Assembly (NCBI RefSeq): GCF_947495995.1
Contig: NZ_CANMAX010000007.1
Span: 1 to 64,000 of the forward strand
Origin: an uncultured Tenacibaculum sp.
GTDB lineage: Bacteria; Bacteroidota; Bacteroidia; Flavobacteriales; Flavobacteriaceae
Length of the DNA: 64,000 nt
Direction: 5' to 3'
The notes below the pieces were generated by a model. It was given only the letters and a program-made list of their open reading frames with translations, was not told the origin of the DNA and did no database searches. The translations under genes and the position numbers were made by a program. Shown piece after piece: positions 1 through 9,375 of the stretch (positions are counted from its first letter, which is position 1; each line of letters begins with the position of its first letter).

Positions 1-75
1 CGTTTTCACTTTTTCGTTTTCACTTTTTCGTTTTCACTTTTTCGTTTTCACTTTTTCGTTTTCACTTTTTCGTTT
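1..75. repeat. Tandem repeat, about 5 copies of 14-bp unit CGTTTTCACTTTTT, truncated by window start
   Basis: Direct reading: the unit repeats at 1-14, 15-28, 29-42, 43-56, 57-70, then degenerates (cgttttctacttc). It lies just 3' of the stop of the minus-strand ORF 77..1408. Confidence 0.8.
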
Positions 76-76
76 T

Positions 77-1408
77 CTACTTCTTTTTTTCAATCATTTT
101 CTTAGCTAACTCAGCACCAATTAACGATTGTAGCAAATTCCCACTGTTCTTATTTCCTGTACTTCCTTCTATATAAGTAGTTGGAAGTTTTAAGTCTTTC
201 AATTGTTTAGCAACTCCCACTGCGGTCTTGTATTCCCATTCTGCTTTTTCTTGAGGTGTAAGTCCGGCGCTTACTAACTTTTGGTTTTCATAGGCTTGAG
301 CATCTGCAGCTAATTTTTTACTCTTTGCTTTATATTGCTCAACTTCATATTGTTTTTTCTCTTTCGTTAAGTTAAACTCAGCAACTTTAGCTTCTGTTTC
401 CGCAGCAATAGTTTGTTGTATTTGTGCTTTTTCTAATCTAGCTCTCTCTTTTGCTTTTTCTGCTTCTCCTTTTGCTTTTTCTTTTTGTGCACGATAAAAT
501 TCTCTTTCTGCTTGTTGTTTTTCTAATTGTGTTTGTGCAACTTCTTCTTTTTGTAATTGTAATCTGTTATCAAAAGTTTCTTCCCAGTCAATTTCAGTAA
601 CTACAGCTTGTACTACAGTTAAACCGTATGATTTTAAAGAATTTCCTTTTACTCGAACAGGTTCTCCGTCCTTCATTTTTATTCTGAATCTTTTCTGACG
701 AGATTCTTTATTAGGAATTGTTCTGGTTACAGTACTGTCTCCAATTATTTCTGGTTTTTGATTTTCAGAGTACTCTTCTAAAACATACATTCCGTTTTCT
801 AATTGATCTTGAAAATATCTATCAAAATCCGCTGCTTGTCCAGATATGTAATCCTGAGCAGCCATCAACTTACAAGTGTTTTTTATTGATTGATCAATGT
901 TTGGTATTATTCTAGATCTGATTAAGTTTTTTTCTGTTTTATTTCTGTCAGCAACTGATAAGAATTGTTTCTCATCTGAAATATCTATACTTATTACGAT
1001 TGATGTTGCGATTTTTCCTTTTACAGCATCGTTAAATTCCCATTGACGAGATTTATCTACATAAGCATATTTACTTTGGTCGCCTAGTTGTCCTTTTTTA
1101 TTTGGTATTACATATTTTACAGGTATTTCAAATTGTATAGGAATTAATCGTCCCCACATCTTTGTTTTTAATCCTTGTTGAAATACGGCTTTTTGTCCTC
1201 CCCATGGATATTGTACTGCGTAAGCTGTACCAGGTTCAGCATAAAAGAATATTCCTGAAGTAATACTTAGCAAACCGCCTACTATTATCGTAAGTACACT
1301 TCGTTGAGTTGTTATTAACTCTAAGTTTTTTACTTTAGGTAGAAAAGGTTTTGCGATTAAAGATGCTAATCCGATTAGGATTAGTAATATTCCGAAAAAT
1401 GTTAGCAT
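77..1408 (-). CDS. Membrane protein with two N-terminal TM helices and a long Glu/Ala/Lys-rich coiled coil; flotillin/SPFH-like
   Basis: 443-aa ORF. N-terminal hydrophobic helices (LLILIGLASLIAKPF, LTIIVGGLLSITSGIFFY), a central globular region, then an EA/K-rich heptad segment (KEKAKGEAEKAKERARLEKAQIQQ) resembling bacterial flotillin (YqiK-type) tails. The SPFH assignment is not verified. Confidence 0.45.
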   Translation of the reverse strand: MLTFFGILLILIGLASLIAKPFLPKVKNLELITTQRSVLTIIVGGLLSITSGIFFYAEPGTAYAVQYPWGGQKAVFQQGLKTKMWGRLIPIQFEIPVKYVIPNKKGQLGDQSKYAYVDKSRQWEFNDAVKGKIATSIVISIDISDEKQFLSVADRNKTEKNLIRSRIIPNIDQSIKNTCKLMAAQDYISGQAADFDRYFQDQLENGMYVLEEYSENQKPEIIGDSTVTRTIPNKESRQKRFRIKMKDGEPVRVKGNSLKSYGLTVVQAVVTEIDWEETFDNRLQLQKEEVAQTQLEKQQAEREFYRAQKEKAKGEAEKAKERARLEKAQIQQTIAAETEAKVAEFNLTKEKKQYEVEQYKAKSKKLAADAQAYENQKLVSAGLTPQEKAEWEYKTAVGVAKQLKDLKLPTTYIEGSTGNKNSGNLLQSLIGAELAKKMIEKKK

Positions 1409-1930
1409 ATAGTTTAGTTATTTGATGTTAGTAATTAAAATAAAGTTTGAATTAAATTTGATATAAGTTCAATTAAAGCAACAGTTAATTTTATTACAAT
1501 AGTGATCATTTTTTAAGTTGTTTTTGTGTTAGTAATTAGTTCAATTTCGAAATTGTTTGATGAATATATGACGAACGAAATATCATCACCAAATTTTTGA
1601 AATGGATTTAATTTAATTGAATTTACATTTGAAGTCAAAAAAGTTAATAAAGTTTTAATTTGTAATCTTATTTTCTTTATTTAGGTTTTAATGTGTAATA
1701 TTAATGTGGTTGAAAGTTTGTTTTTTGTAATGAAATAAAGGGCTTTTTTGAGTTGAGTTTTAAAAGCAAAGGAGAATTTACTTTTAAAACTGTTAAAAAA
1801 TGGCATTCTATCTTTTCGAAAGAAAAAATAGACGGAATTTTCGATAACTGATTTTTATCATTTTTTAAGACGAAAAAAATTGAAATTTTGACAGTTTATA
1901 AATGTCTATATTCGCACTAAAATTTTTCAC

Positions 1931-2872
1931 ATGAGTATTGCATACGTCTTAATTGGTTTGTTGTTGTTGGTTTTTGGAGGAGACTTTTTGGTGAAAGCTT
2001 CAGTTGGACTTTCATTTAAATTGAATATTTCAAAAATGGTGATTGGAATGACAGTGGTATCTTTTGCTACTTCTGCTCCTGAGTTGTTGGTTAGTTTACA
2101 AGCCGCTTTAGATGGATCACCAGCAATTGCAATAAATAATGTTATAGGATCTAACATTGCAAACATCGGTTTGGTTTTAGGAGTTACAGCTTTAATAGGT
2201 CCAATAATTGTGAGTAAAGATTTTTATAAATTGAATTGGCCGGTTATGATGTTGTTTTCATTGGCTATCTTTTATTTTTTACAGAACGATAATCAATTAA
2301 CAAAAACAGAAGGTTTAGCGTTGTTTTTAGGCTTAGTTGTTTTTTTAATTGTTTTAATTCGATCGGCTAAAGATGACAATGCAGATGCAGAAGAAGTTGA
2401 TGATAAGTTAGCAGGTATTGGTTATGGTAAAATAGCTATTTGGTTACTAATTGGAGCTGCAGCATTATATTTTGGTTCTGATTTGTTAGTTAGAGGAGCA
2501 AAAGACTTAGCACAAAGTGTTGGGGTAAGTGAAGGGGTAATTTCTATTACAATGATAGCTATAGGAACAAGTGTACCAGAACTAGCAGCTTCTGTAATTG
2601 CAGCTGTAAAAGGAGAAAAAGCTATTTCTTTAGGGAATCTAATTGGTTCTAACATCTTTAATATAGCATCGGTTTTAGGTTTAACATCTATGATTAAAAC
2701 TATTCCAGTTACCGAGCCTCAAATATTAACAAGAGATATTTATTGGATGTTAGCTTTTGCTTTCATTATTCTACCGTTAGTATTTATTCCAGAAAAGTTT
2801 AAGTTGAGTAGATTGAAAGGAGCTGTTCTCTTTTTAGGGTATTGTGTTTTTATCTATTTAGCATTTATATAG
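1931..2872 (+). CDS. Ca2+/Na+ (cation) antiporter, CaCA/YrbG family
   Basis: 313 aa, polytopic. Two internal alpha-repeat signatures, GSNIANIGLVLG and GSNIFNIASVLG, are typical of the NCX/YrbG family. Confidence 0.85.
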   Translation: MSIAYVLIGLLLLVFGGDFLVKASVGLSFKLNISKMVIGMTVVSFATSAPELLVSLQAALDGSPAIAINNVIGSNIANIGLVLGVTALIGPIIVSKDFYKLNWPVMMLFSLAIFYFLQNDNQLTKTEGLALFLGLVVFLIVLIRSAKDDNADAEEVDDKLAGIGYGKIAIWLLIGAAALYFGSDLLVRGAKDLAQSVGVSEGVISITMIAIGTSVPELAASVIAAVKGEKAISLGNLIGSNIFNIASVLGLTSMIKTIPVTEPQILTRDIYWMLAFAFIILPLVFIPEKFKLSRLKGAVLFLGYCVFIYLAFI

Positions 2873-2874
2873 CA

Positions 2875-2909
2875 TAAAAAAAGCTCACATAAAATATGTG
2901 AGCTTTTTT
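2875..2909. terminator. Bidirectional intrinsic terminator between the convergent CaCA and GSII genes
   Basis: aaaaaaAGCTCACATaaaatATGTGAGCTtttttt: a 9-bp perfect stem flanked by A-run and T-run. Confidence 0.8.
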
Positions 2910-2931
2910 GTTTATTGTATTGAGTGAGATA

Positions 2932-3996
2932 TTATTTAATATCTGCGCTTTTTACAGTTTGAACGATTCTTCCTGCTACTTTGTATGGATCAGCATTAGA
3001 AGCTGGACGACGATCTTCTAACCATCCTTTCCAACCTTTTTCTACAGTAATAATAGGAATACGAATAGAAGCACCTCTATCAGATACACCATAGCTAAAA
3101 TCGTTGATTGAAGCTGTTTCGTGTAATCCTGTTAAACGTTGATCGTTATATTCTCCATAAACAGCAATATGCTCTTTAGTTACAGGTCTAAAAGCTTCAC
3201 AAACTTTTTCGTAAGTTTCCTTGCTTCCACAAGTCCTTAATAAAGTGTTTGAGAAGTTAGCGTGCATACCAGAACCATTCCAGTCTCCTTTTACTGGTTT
3301 TGGGTGGTATTCAATGTAGAATCCGTATTTTTCAGTTAATCTATCTAATAAATAACGAGCAACCCAAATTTCATCACCAGCTTTTTTAGCTCCTTTAGCG
3401 AATAATTGGAATTCCCACTGACCTGAAGCAACTTCTTGGTTGATTCCTTCGAAATTTAAACCAGCAGCAATACATAAATCAGCATGCTCTTCAACAAAAT
3501 CACGACCGTGAGTATTTTTACCTCCTACAGAACAGTAGTACATTCCTTGAGGTCCAGGATAACCACCAATAGGGAAACCTAAAGGTAATTGAGTATGTGA
3601 ATCCATAATAAAATACTCTTGCTCAAATCCAAACCAGAAATCATTATCATCATCATCAATAGTAGCTCTTGCATTTGATTCGTGTGGAGTACCATCAGCA
3701 TTTAAAACTTCAGTCATTACTAAGTAACCGTTGTCACGAGCTGGATCAGGATAAATAGCTACAGGTTTTAACAAACAATCAGAGTCTCCTCCTTCAGCTT
3801 GTTTTGTAGATGATCCATCAAAAGACCAAATAGGACAGTCTTCTATTTTTCCACTAAAATCGTCTACAACTTTAGTTTTGCTTCGCATGTTTTGTGTTGG
3901 ATAATATCCGTCTAACCAAATGTATTCTAATTTAGATTTAGCCATGATTTTTTTATCGTTAATTAGTTTATCATGCAAAAATGTATTTTTTTTCAA
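2932..3996 (-). CDS. glnII: Glutamine synthetase type II (eukaryote-like GSII)
   Basis: 354 aa. The N-terminal KLEYIWLDGYYPTQNMRSKTKV is the GSII hallmark, and the length is typical (about 340-355 aa). Confidence 0.85.
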   Translation of the reverse strand: MKKNTFLHDKLINDKKIMAKSKLEYIWLDGYYPTQNMRSKTKVVDDFSGKIEDCPIWSFDGSSTKQAEGGDSDCLLKPVAIYPDPARDNGYLVMTEVLNADGTPHESNARATIDDDDNDFWFGFEQEYFIMDSHTQLPLGFPIGGYPGPQGMYYCSVGGKNTHGRDFVEEHADLCIAAGLNFEGINQEVASGQWEFQLFAKGAKKAGDEIWVARYLLDRLTEKYGFYIEYHPKPVKGDWNGSGMHANFSNTLLRTCGSKETYEKVCEAFRPVTKEHIAVYGEYNDQRLTGLHETASINDFSYGVSDRGASIRIPIITVEKGWKGWLEDRRPASNADPYKVAGRIVQTVKSADIK

Positions 3997-3997
3997 A

Positions 3998-4074
3998 CAC
4001 CCCCAAATTTTTTAGGGTTAAAAAACAGTTATTTTAAAAATAAATAATTTAACCCCTATTTTTTTAGGGTATTA
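3998..4074. promoter_or_regulatory. Two copies of an imperfect palindromic motif ACCCC-N-T6-7-AGGGT in the divergent GSII/GSIII control region
   Basis: CACCCCCAAATTTTTTAGGGTTA at 3998-4020 and AACCCCTATTTTTTTAGGGTATTA at 4051-4074. The first abuts the GSII start codon; the second sits just upstream of the glnN -7 box. Confidence 0.5.
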
Positions 4075-4078
4075 ATAG

Positions 4079-4086
4079 TAGTTTTG
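4079..4086 (+). promoter_or_regulatory. Bacteroidota-type -7 promoter element (TAnnTTTG) for glnN
   Basis: TAGTTTTG lies 16 nt upstream of the ATG at 4103. Confidence 0.45.
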
Positions 4087-4102
4087 CTTAAAATTATTAA
4101 TA

Positions 4103-6286
4103 ATGGCTACAATTAGGTTTAATGCGTTGCAGGAAACTCTTAACAGAGTACCGGTATTAGTGGAAGAAAAAGAGCGTCGATCTCAGTTATATGCTAAATA
4201 TGTATTTAATGAAAAAGCGATGCTTCAGTATATGACAGCTGAAGCTTATAGAAGTGTAAGAGATGCTGTAGAGTTCGGACATAAGATTGATAGGAAGATT
4301 GCAGATCAAATAGCTGTAAGTATGAAAGATTGGGCTTTATCTAAAGGAGCTACACATTATACACATTGGTTTCAGCCGTTAACAGGTTCTACAGCGGAAA
4401 AACATGATGCGTTTTTTGAGACTATTGAAGGAGGTAATGCCATGGAATTATTTGATGGAGGAAAATTAGTACAACAAGAGCCTGATGCTTCTTCTTTTCC
4501 TCATGGAGGAATTCGTAATACATTTGAAGCTCGAGGTTATACAGCTTGGGATCCTACTTCACCAGCTTTTATTTATGATACCACTTTATGTATTCCGACA
4601 GTTTTTGTTGCGTATACAGGGGAAGCTTTAGATAATAAAACTCCATTACTAAGAGCGTTGCAGGCTGTTGACGATGCTGCAACTGCTGTTTGTAAGTATT
4701 TTGATAAAAACGTAACTAAAGTTTCTGCTACTCTAGGTTGGGAGCAAGAATATTTCTTAATTGATAAAGCTTTAGCAGCTTCTCGTCCTGATATTATGAT
4801 GACTGGTAGAACTTTGTTAGGTCATGCTTCAGCAAAAGGACAACAGTTAGATGATCATTACTTTGGTTCTATTCCAACTCGTATTTTAAACTTTATGCGA
4901 GATTTAGAGCAAGAATGTATGTTACTTGGAATTCCTGTAAAAACAAGACATAATGAAGTTGCGCCGAATCAGTTTGAGGTAGCACCAATTTTTGAGGAAG
5001 CAAATTTAGCTGTTGATCATAATTCATTATTAATGGATTTGATGAAAAAGGTTTCTCAAAAGCATAATTTTAAAGTTTTGTTTCATGAAAAGCCTTTCAA
5101 AGGAATTAATGGATCTGGAAAACATAACAATTGGAGTTTAAGTACAAATACTGGAGTTAATTTGTTGAGTCCAGGTAAAACTCCAATGAAAAACCTTCAA
5201 TTTTTAACCTTTTTTGTGAATACAATTAAAGCGGTTTATGAATATGAAGAATTGATTCGAGCTTCTATAGCTAGTGCAGGAAATGATCATCGATTAGGAG
5301 CAAATGAAGCTCCGCCAGCAATTATATCCGTATTTATTGGTTCTCAGCTTTCACAGGTTTTAGATGAATTAGAGAATGTAACCAAAGGAAAACTTTCCCC
5401 AAAGGAAAAAACAGATCTAAAGCTTAATATTATTGGTAAAATTCCAGAAATTTTATTGGATAATACAGATAGGAATAGAACATCACCATTTGCGTTTACA
5501 GGAAATAAATTTGAATTAAGAGCTGTTGGTTCTTGGTCGAATTGTGCTGGACCAATGACAGTTTTAAATACCATTATAGCGAAACAGCTTAAAGATTTTA
5601 AAGTAGAAGTTGATAAGTTGGTAGACAGTAAAGGGTTGAAAAAAGATGAGGCAGTATTTAATGTATTGCGTGAATACATTAAAGCTTCAAAAGATATTCG
5701 GTTCGAAGGAGATGGTTATGGTGAATCTTGGGAAAAAGAAGCAAAGAAACGAGGATTGAGTAATCATAGAACTACACCTGAAGCTTTAAAAGCAAAGATT
5801 AGTGATAAAAGTATTGCTGTTTTTGAGGAAATGAAAGTGATGAGCCGTGTTGAGTTAGAAGCTCGTCATGAAATTGAATTAGAAGAATATGCGAAACGAA
5901 TTCAAATAGAAAGTAGAGTTTTAGGAGATGTTTCTAGAAATCATGTAATTCCAACGGTAATTCAATATCAAAATACATTAATAGAAAATGTAAAAGGTTT
6001 AAAAGAAATCTTTGGTAATGATTATGAAAAATATGCTTCAGAACAAATAGATTTAATAAAGAGAATATCGAATCATATTGTAGAAATTAATTCCATGATT
6101 GAAGATATGACTGATCAACGTAAAAAAGCAAATAAACTATCTGGTCAAAAGAATGCAGAGGCATACTGTAATAAAGTGAAACCGTATTTAGAAGATATTC
6201 GTTATCATGTAGATAAATTAGAATTGTTAGTAGATGACAACTTATGGCCTTTAACAAAATATAGAGAGCTTTTATTTACAAGATAA
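4103..6286 (+). CDS. glnN: Glutamine synthetase type III (GSIII)
   Basis: 727 aa, the size of Bacteroides GlnN (about 729 aa). The N-terminus (MATIRFNALQE...YVFNEKAMLQYM) is collinear with GlnN. Confidence 0.85.
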   Translation: MATIRFNALQETLNRVPVLVEEKERRSQLYAKYVFNEKAMLQYMTAEAYRSVRDAVEFGHKIDRKIADQIAVSMKDWALSKGATHYTHWFQPLTGSTAEKHDAFFETIEGGNAMELFDGGKLVQQEPDASSFPHGGIRNTFEARGYTAWDPTSPAFIYDTTLCIPTVFVAYTGEALDNKTPLLRALQAVDDAATAVCKYFDKNVTKVSATLGWEQEYFLIDKALAASRPDIMMTGRTLLGHASAKGQQLDDHYFGSIPTRILNFMRDLEQECMLLGIPVKTRHNEVAPNQFEVAPIFEEANLAVDHNSLLMDLMKKVSQKHNFKVLFHEKPFKGINGSGKHNNWSLSTNTGVNLLSPGKTPMKNLQFLTFFVNTIKAVYEYEELIRASIASAGNDHRLGANEAPPAIISVFIGSQLSQVLDELENVTKGKLSPKEKTDLKLNIIGKIPEILLDNTDRNRTSPFAFTGNKFELRAVGSWSNCAGPMTVLNTIIAKQLKDFKVEVDKLVDSKGLKKDEAVFNVLREYIKASKDIRFEGDGYGESWEKEAKKRGLSNHRTTPEALKAKISDKSIAVFEEMKVMSRVELEARHEIELEEYAKRIQIESRVLGDVSRNHVIPTVIQYQNTLIENVKGLKEIFGNDYEKYASEQIDLIKRISNHIVEINSMIEDMTDQRKKANKLSGQKNAEAYCNKVKPYLEDIRYHVDKLELLVDDNLWPLTKYRELLFTR

Positions 6287-6322
6287 ATATCTGATTTAAG
6301 TTTGCATTTCGCTGCAATAATT

Positions 6323-6330
6323 TAACTTTG
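6323..6330 (+). promoter_or_regulatory. -7 promoter element TAACTTTG for purM
   Basis: Matches TAnnTTTG 22 nt upstream of the ATG at 6353, with a TTG about 20 nt further upstream. Confidence 0.45.
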
Positions 6331-6352
6331 CACCCAACAACAACACAAAATA

Positions 6353-7531
6353 ATGAGTCAAGAAGTTTCTAAAAGATACGCGCAAAGAGGTGTTTCTGCA
6401 TCTAAAGAAGATGTACATAATGCGATTAAGAATATCGACAAAGGTTTATTTCCTAAAGCATTTTGTAAAATCGTACCAGATTATTTAACGAATGATGATG
6501 AGCATTGTTTAATCATGCATGCAGATGGTGCTGGAACAAAATCATCTTTAGCATATATGTATTGGAAAGAAACAGGAGATGTTTCTGTTTGGAAAGGTAT
6601 TGCTCAAGATGCGTTAATCATGAATATAGATGATTTGTTATGCGTTGGAGCTACAGATAATATTATGTTATCTTCTACAATTGGAAGAAACAAGAACTTA
6701 ATTCCAGGTGAAGTTTTATCTGCAATTATAAATGGAACAGAAGAATTAATAGCAGAGTTAAAAGAATTTGGTGTAACAATTCATTCAACTGGTGGTGAAA
6801 CTGCCGATGTTGGAGATTTAGTGCGTACAATTATTGTAGATTCTACGGTAACTGCTCGTATGAAGCGCGAAGATGTAATTGATAACGCAAATATTCAAGC
6901 TGGGGATGTAATCGTAGGTTTGGCTTCTTTCGGACAATCTTCTTATGAAAAGGAATATAATGGAGGAATGGGAAGTAACGGATTAACTTCTGCTCGTCAT
7001 GATGTTTTTAATAATTATTTAGCTGAAAAATATCCAGAGAGTTTTGATGCTGCTGTACCTTCTGAGTTAGTGTATTCAGGAAATGTAAAGCTTACTGATG
7101 AAGTTGAAAATTCACCAATTGATGCTGGTAAATTAGTGCTTTCTCCAACAAGAACTTATGCGCCGATTATTAAAGCGATTTTATCAAAATATAAATCAGA
7201 CTCAATTCACGGAATGATTCATTGTTCTGGTGGAGCGCAAACAAAAATTTTACACTTTGTAGATAATCTTCATATTGTAAAAGATAATATGTTCGAAATT
7301 CCACCATTATTTAAATTGATTCAAGAACAATCGAAAACAGATTGGAAAGAAATGTATCAAGTATTTAACTGTGGACATAGAATGGAGCTTTATGTAAAAC
7401 CGGAAGTTGCTGAAGAAATTATAGCTATTTCGAAATCATTTAATGTAGATGCTCAAATTATTGGTAGAGTAGAAGCTTCTGAAAATAAAAAGCTAACTAT
7501 TAATAGTGAATTTGGTACTTTCGAGTATTAG
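6353..7531 (+). CDS. purM: Phosphoribosylformylglycinamidine cyclo-ligase (AIR synthetase)
   Basis: 392 aa. It carries the AIRS N-domain DGAGTK motif (HADGAGTKSSLA), a C-terminal AIRS_C-like region, and the size of Bacteroidota PurM. Confidence 0.7.
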   Translation: MSQEVSKRYAQRGVSASKEDVHNAIKNIDKGLFPKAFCKIVPDYLTNDDEHCLIMHADGAGTKSSLAYMYWKETGDVSVWKGIAQDALIMNIDDLLCVGATDNIMLSSTIGRNKNLIPGEVLSAIINGTEELIAELKEFGVTIHSTGGETADVGDLVRTIIVDSTVTARMKREDVIDNANIQAGDVIVGLASFGQSSYEKEYNGGMGSNGLTSARHDVFNNYLAEKYPESFDAAVPSELVYSGNVKLTDEVENSPIDAGKLVLSPTRTYAPIIKAILSKYKSDSIHGMIHCSGGAQTKILHFVDNLHIVKDNMFEIPPLFKLIQEQSKTDWKEMYQVFNCGHRMELYVKPEVAEEIIAISKSFNVDAQIIGRVEASENKKLTINSEFGTFEY

Positions 7532-7550
7532 AATTAATAAATAGAAAAAT

Positions 7551-7586
7551 AAAAAAGCCTCGAATTTTCGAGGCTTTTTTATTTTA
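7551..7586. terminator. Bidirectional intrinsic terminator
   Basis: aaaaaaGCCTCGAAttttCGAGGCtttttt between convergent genes. Confidence 0.85.
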
Positions 7587-8663
7587 GTTACATAAGTTTT
7601 CGGCTGTGTTTATTTTGTTTAGCATTTGCCATGTTTCATGAGTGAACATTTTTGGTGAAAACTTAAAAAGAAGAAGATTTCTCTTACTTATTTCGCAATA
7701 TGTGCTTTCTATAATTACATTTAGTTTTAAACCTTTGTTAGTTGCAAATCTGTCATAAGTGTTTATCTCACCTTTATAAAGAGTACTGTTTTTGGATGTT
7801 CCTTTATTCTGAAGATAAACAACTGCTTTATAGATACTCAAATGTTTATTGTTTTCAATATTGTTTAATCCGTCGAAATACTGTTGTAAACTAGTTTTTA
7901 ATTCTTCTTTAGTGATTTTTTGATCTAAGTCTATATACCAAGCATAAACATAAGACCAGAAATTTTCATGTTTAGGATTTCTCCAACCTTTCGGGGGAAA
8001 TCTTACTTCAGCTATTCCTTTATAATTAATGTTTTTAGCAAAAGGAATTGGAAATTTGAATATCTCTTTTCCCCAAGAATTATCGAGTTTTATGATAGAT
8101 GTATTATTGTTTTTTACTTTAATTTCGTTTAAATAATCCCAAATAGGGTTACCGTATTCTTTAGGGGAAATACGAAAAGTGATAATTGATTTCTTTAAAA
8201 ATTTGTCAAAAAACTGATTTCCTTTAATGTTTACAGTAAGAACTTTTCCTGTATGAAATCCGTCAAAAAAAGTCATACTTCCTACAAAACCTTTTTTACT
8301 GTTTTTAAAATTAACTCTTGGATTAGGAAAATCTTTTGCCCAATGATTTGGTTTCATTAAACCGTCAAAATATCCTTTAAAGTTTGTAGTTATTTCTTCT
8401 AAAGAAATTGGGTTTTTAGAGTCAATTTTCCATCCTATTACCAAAGACCAAAACTGATGATTTTTCGGTTTATTCCAATTCGGAGAAAAAAGTAATTCTT
8501 CAAAACCAGTTAATTTAAATTTTGGAGCCCATTCAATAGGGAATTTAATGACTTCTTTTTTCCAGTTGTTTTTGTTTTCAAAAATCTGTAATTCATTTTT
8601 ATCTTGTGGAAATACAGAAGTTATTTGAAATAATAGAAGTGAGGTTAAGAATACTTTTTTCAT
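7584..8663 (-). CDS. Secreted hypothetical protein with an internal tandem duplication
   Basis: 359 aa with a signal peptide. Two roughly 150-aa halves are clearly homologous (KEVIKFPIEWAP...NHQFWSLVIGWKID...YFDGL versus KEIFKFPIPFAK...HENFWSYVYAWYID...YFDGL). Confidence 0.4.
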   Translation of the reverse strand: MKKVFLTSLLLFQITSVFPQDKNELQIFENKNNWKKEVIKFPIEWAPKFKLTGFEELLFSPNWNKPKNHQFWSLVIGWKIDSKNPISLEEITTNFKGYFDGLMKPNHWAKDFPNPRVNFKNSKKGFVGSMTFFDGFHTGKVLTVNIKGNQFFDKFLKKSIITFRISPKEYGNPIWDYLNEIKVKNNNTSIIKLDNSWGKEIFKFPIPFAKNINYKGIAEVRFPPKGWRNPKHENFWSYVYAWYIDLDQKITKEELKTSLQQYFDGLNNIENNKHLSIYKAVVYLQNKGTSKNSTLYKGEINTYDRFATNKGLKLNVIIESTYCEISKRNLLLFKFSPKMFTHETWQMLNKINTAENLCN

Positions 8664-8665
8664 AC

Positions 8666-9229
8666 TTATAATTTTATACTCACCTCAAACCCTAATGCAT
8701 CAGAAATAGCATAATCTTTTACTTTGCTAGTATAACTTACATTCCATTTTCTTCGATCGATCTTAAAACGGGTAGTCATTTCTTTTTTATCAAAATCAAA
8801 ATTAGCTCTGAAATTAATAGGTTTTGTAATCCCTTTCAGTGTTAATTTCGCTTCAATACGAGCTGTGTTTTGTTCAGAATATTCAACTTTAGTAATCAGC
8901 AAACTTGTTAAAGGGAATTTTTCTACGTCAAAAAAATCTGGATCTTTTAAATGAGCTATCAAGCTGTCTTTTCCTTCTTGTTCTTTAATGTCGTTATTGG
9001 TCATTGAATTCATGTCGATTGTGAATTCACCACCAACAATTTTATCTCCTCTTTTTATAAAGAAACCTTCTTTGAATTGTATATAACCATCATGTCCTCC
9101 AAAATGAAATGTTAGCTCTCCAGTCCATTTAATAGTACTCTGTTCAATATTGATATTTATTTTTTCTTGAGCTTTAATACTGGTTGCTAAAGAAAATAAT
9201 GATACAAAAAGGATAATAATTTTTCTCAT
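8666..9229 (-). CDS. YceI-like periplasmic polyisoprenoid/lipid-binding protein
   Basis: Start trimmed to MRKIIILFVSLFSLATSIKAQ, which reads as a signal peptide. The body resembles YceI-family barrels and the three other YceI-like ORFs in this window. Confidence 0.55.
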   Translation of the reverse strand: MRKIIILFVSLFSLATSIKAQEKININIEQSTIKWTGELTFHFGGHDGYIQFKEGFFIKRGDKIVGGEFTIDMNSMTNNDIKEQEGKDSLIAHLKDPDFFDVEKFPLTSLLITKVEYSEQNTARIEAKLTLKGITKPINFRANFDFDKKEMTTRFKIDRRKWNVSYTSKVKDYAISDALGFEVSIKL

Positions 9230-9375
9230 CGATTTAGATTTTAAATTTTGAGTAAAACTATTTTTGATATTCGTGAAAACTGTCAAACGATTGTAAAAGA
9301 AGTGCAAAAACTTGTCAATAAATCCTTAATTATAATTTGATTTATTTTTGCATTTATGTTTTTGGCTATTATCGT

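Noticed and set aside
1-75. Possible CRISPR array at the window start
   Set aside because: The unit is 14 bp with no spacers and no cas genes nearby, so it is a simple tandem repeat.
718-915. Short ORFs embedded antisense or in alternative frames within confident genes (for example 718..915, 1927..2166, 2422..2655, 5344..5679, 10703..10915, 13957..14181, 15047..15346, 15686..15919, 16635..16817, 20834..21043, 21371..21565, 26439..26678, 27739..27981, 29877..30101, 31155..31361, 33545..33733, 35679..35987, 40383..40625, 42198..42407, 44988..45200, 45435..45704, 46347..46550, 48507..48716, 49018..49272, 54848..55108, 56010..56198, 56283..56753, 56762..56953, 59369..59617, 61159..61404, 61299..61532, 61569..61772, 62314..62679, 9895..10110)
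   Set aside because: All overlap longer ORFs that have clear family motifs. Their translations are low-complexity or hydrophobic junk typical of shadow frames in AT-rich genomes.
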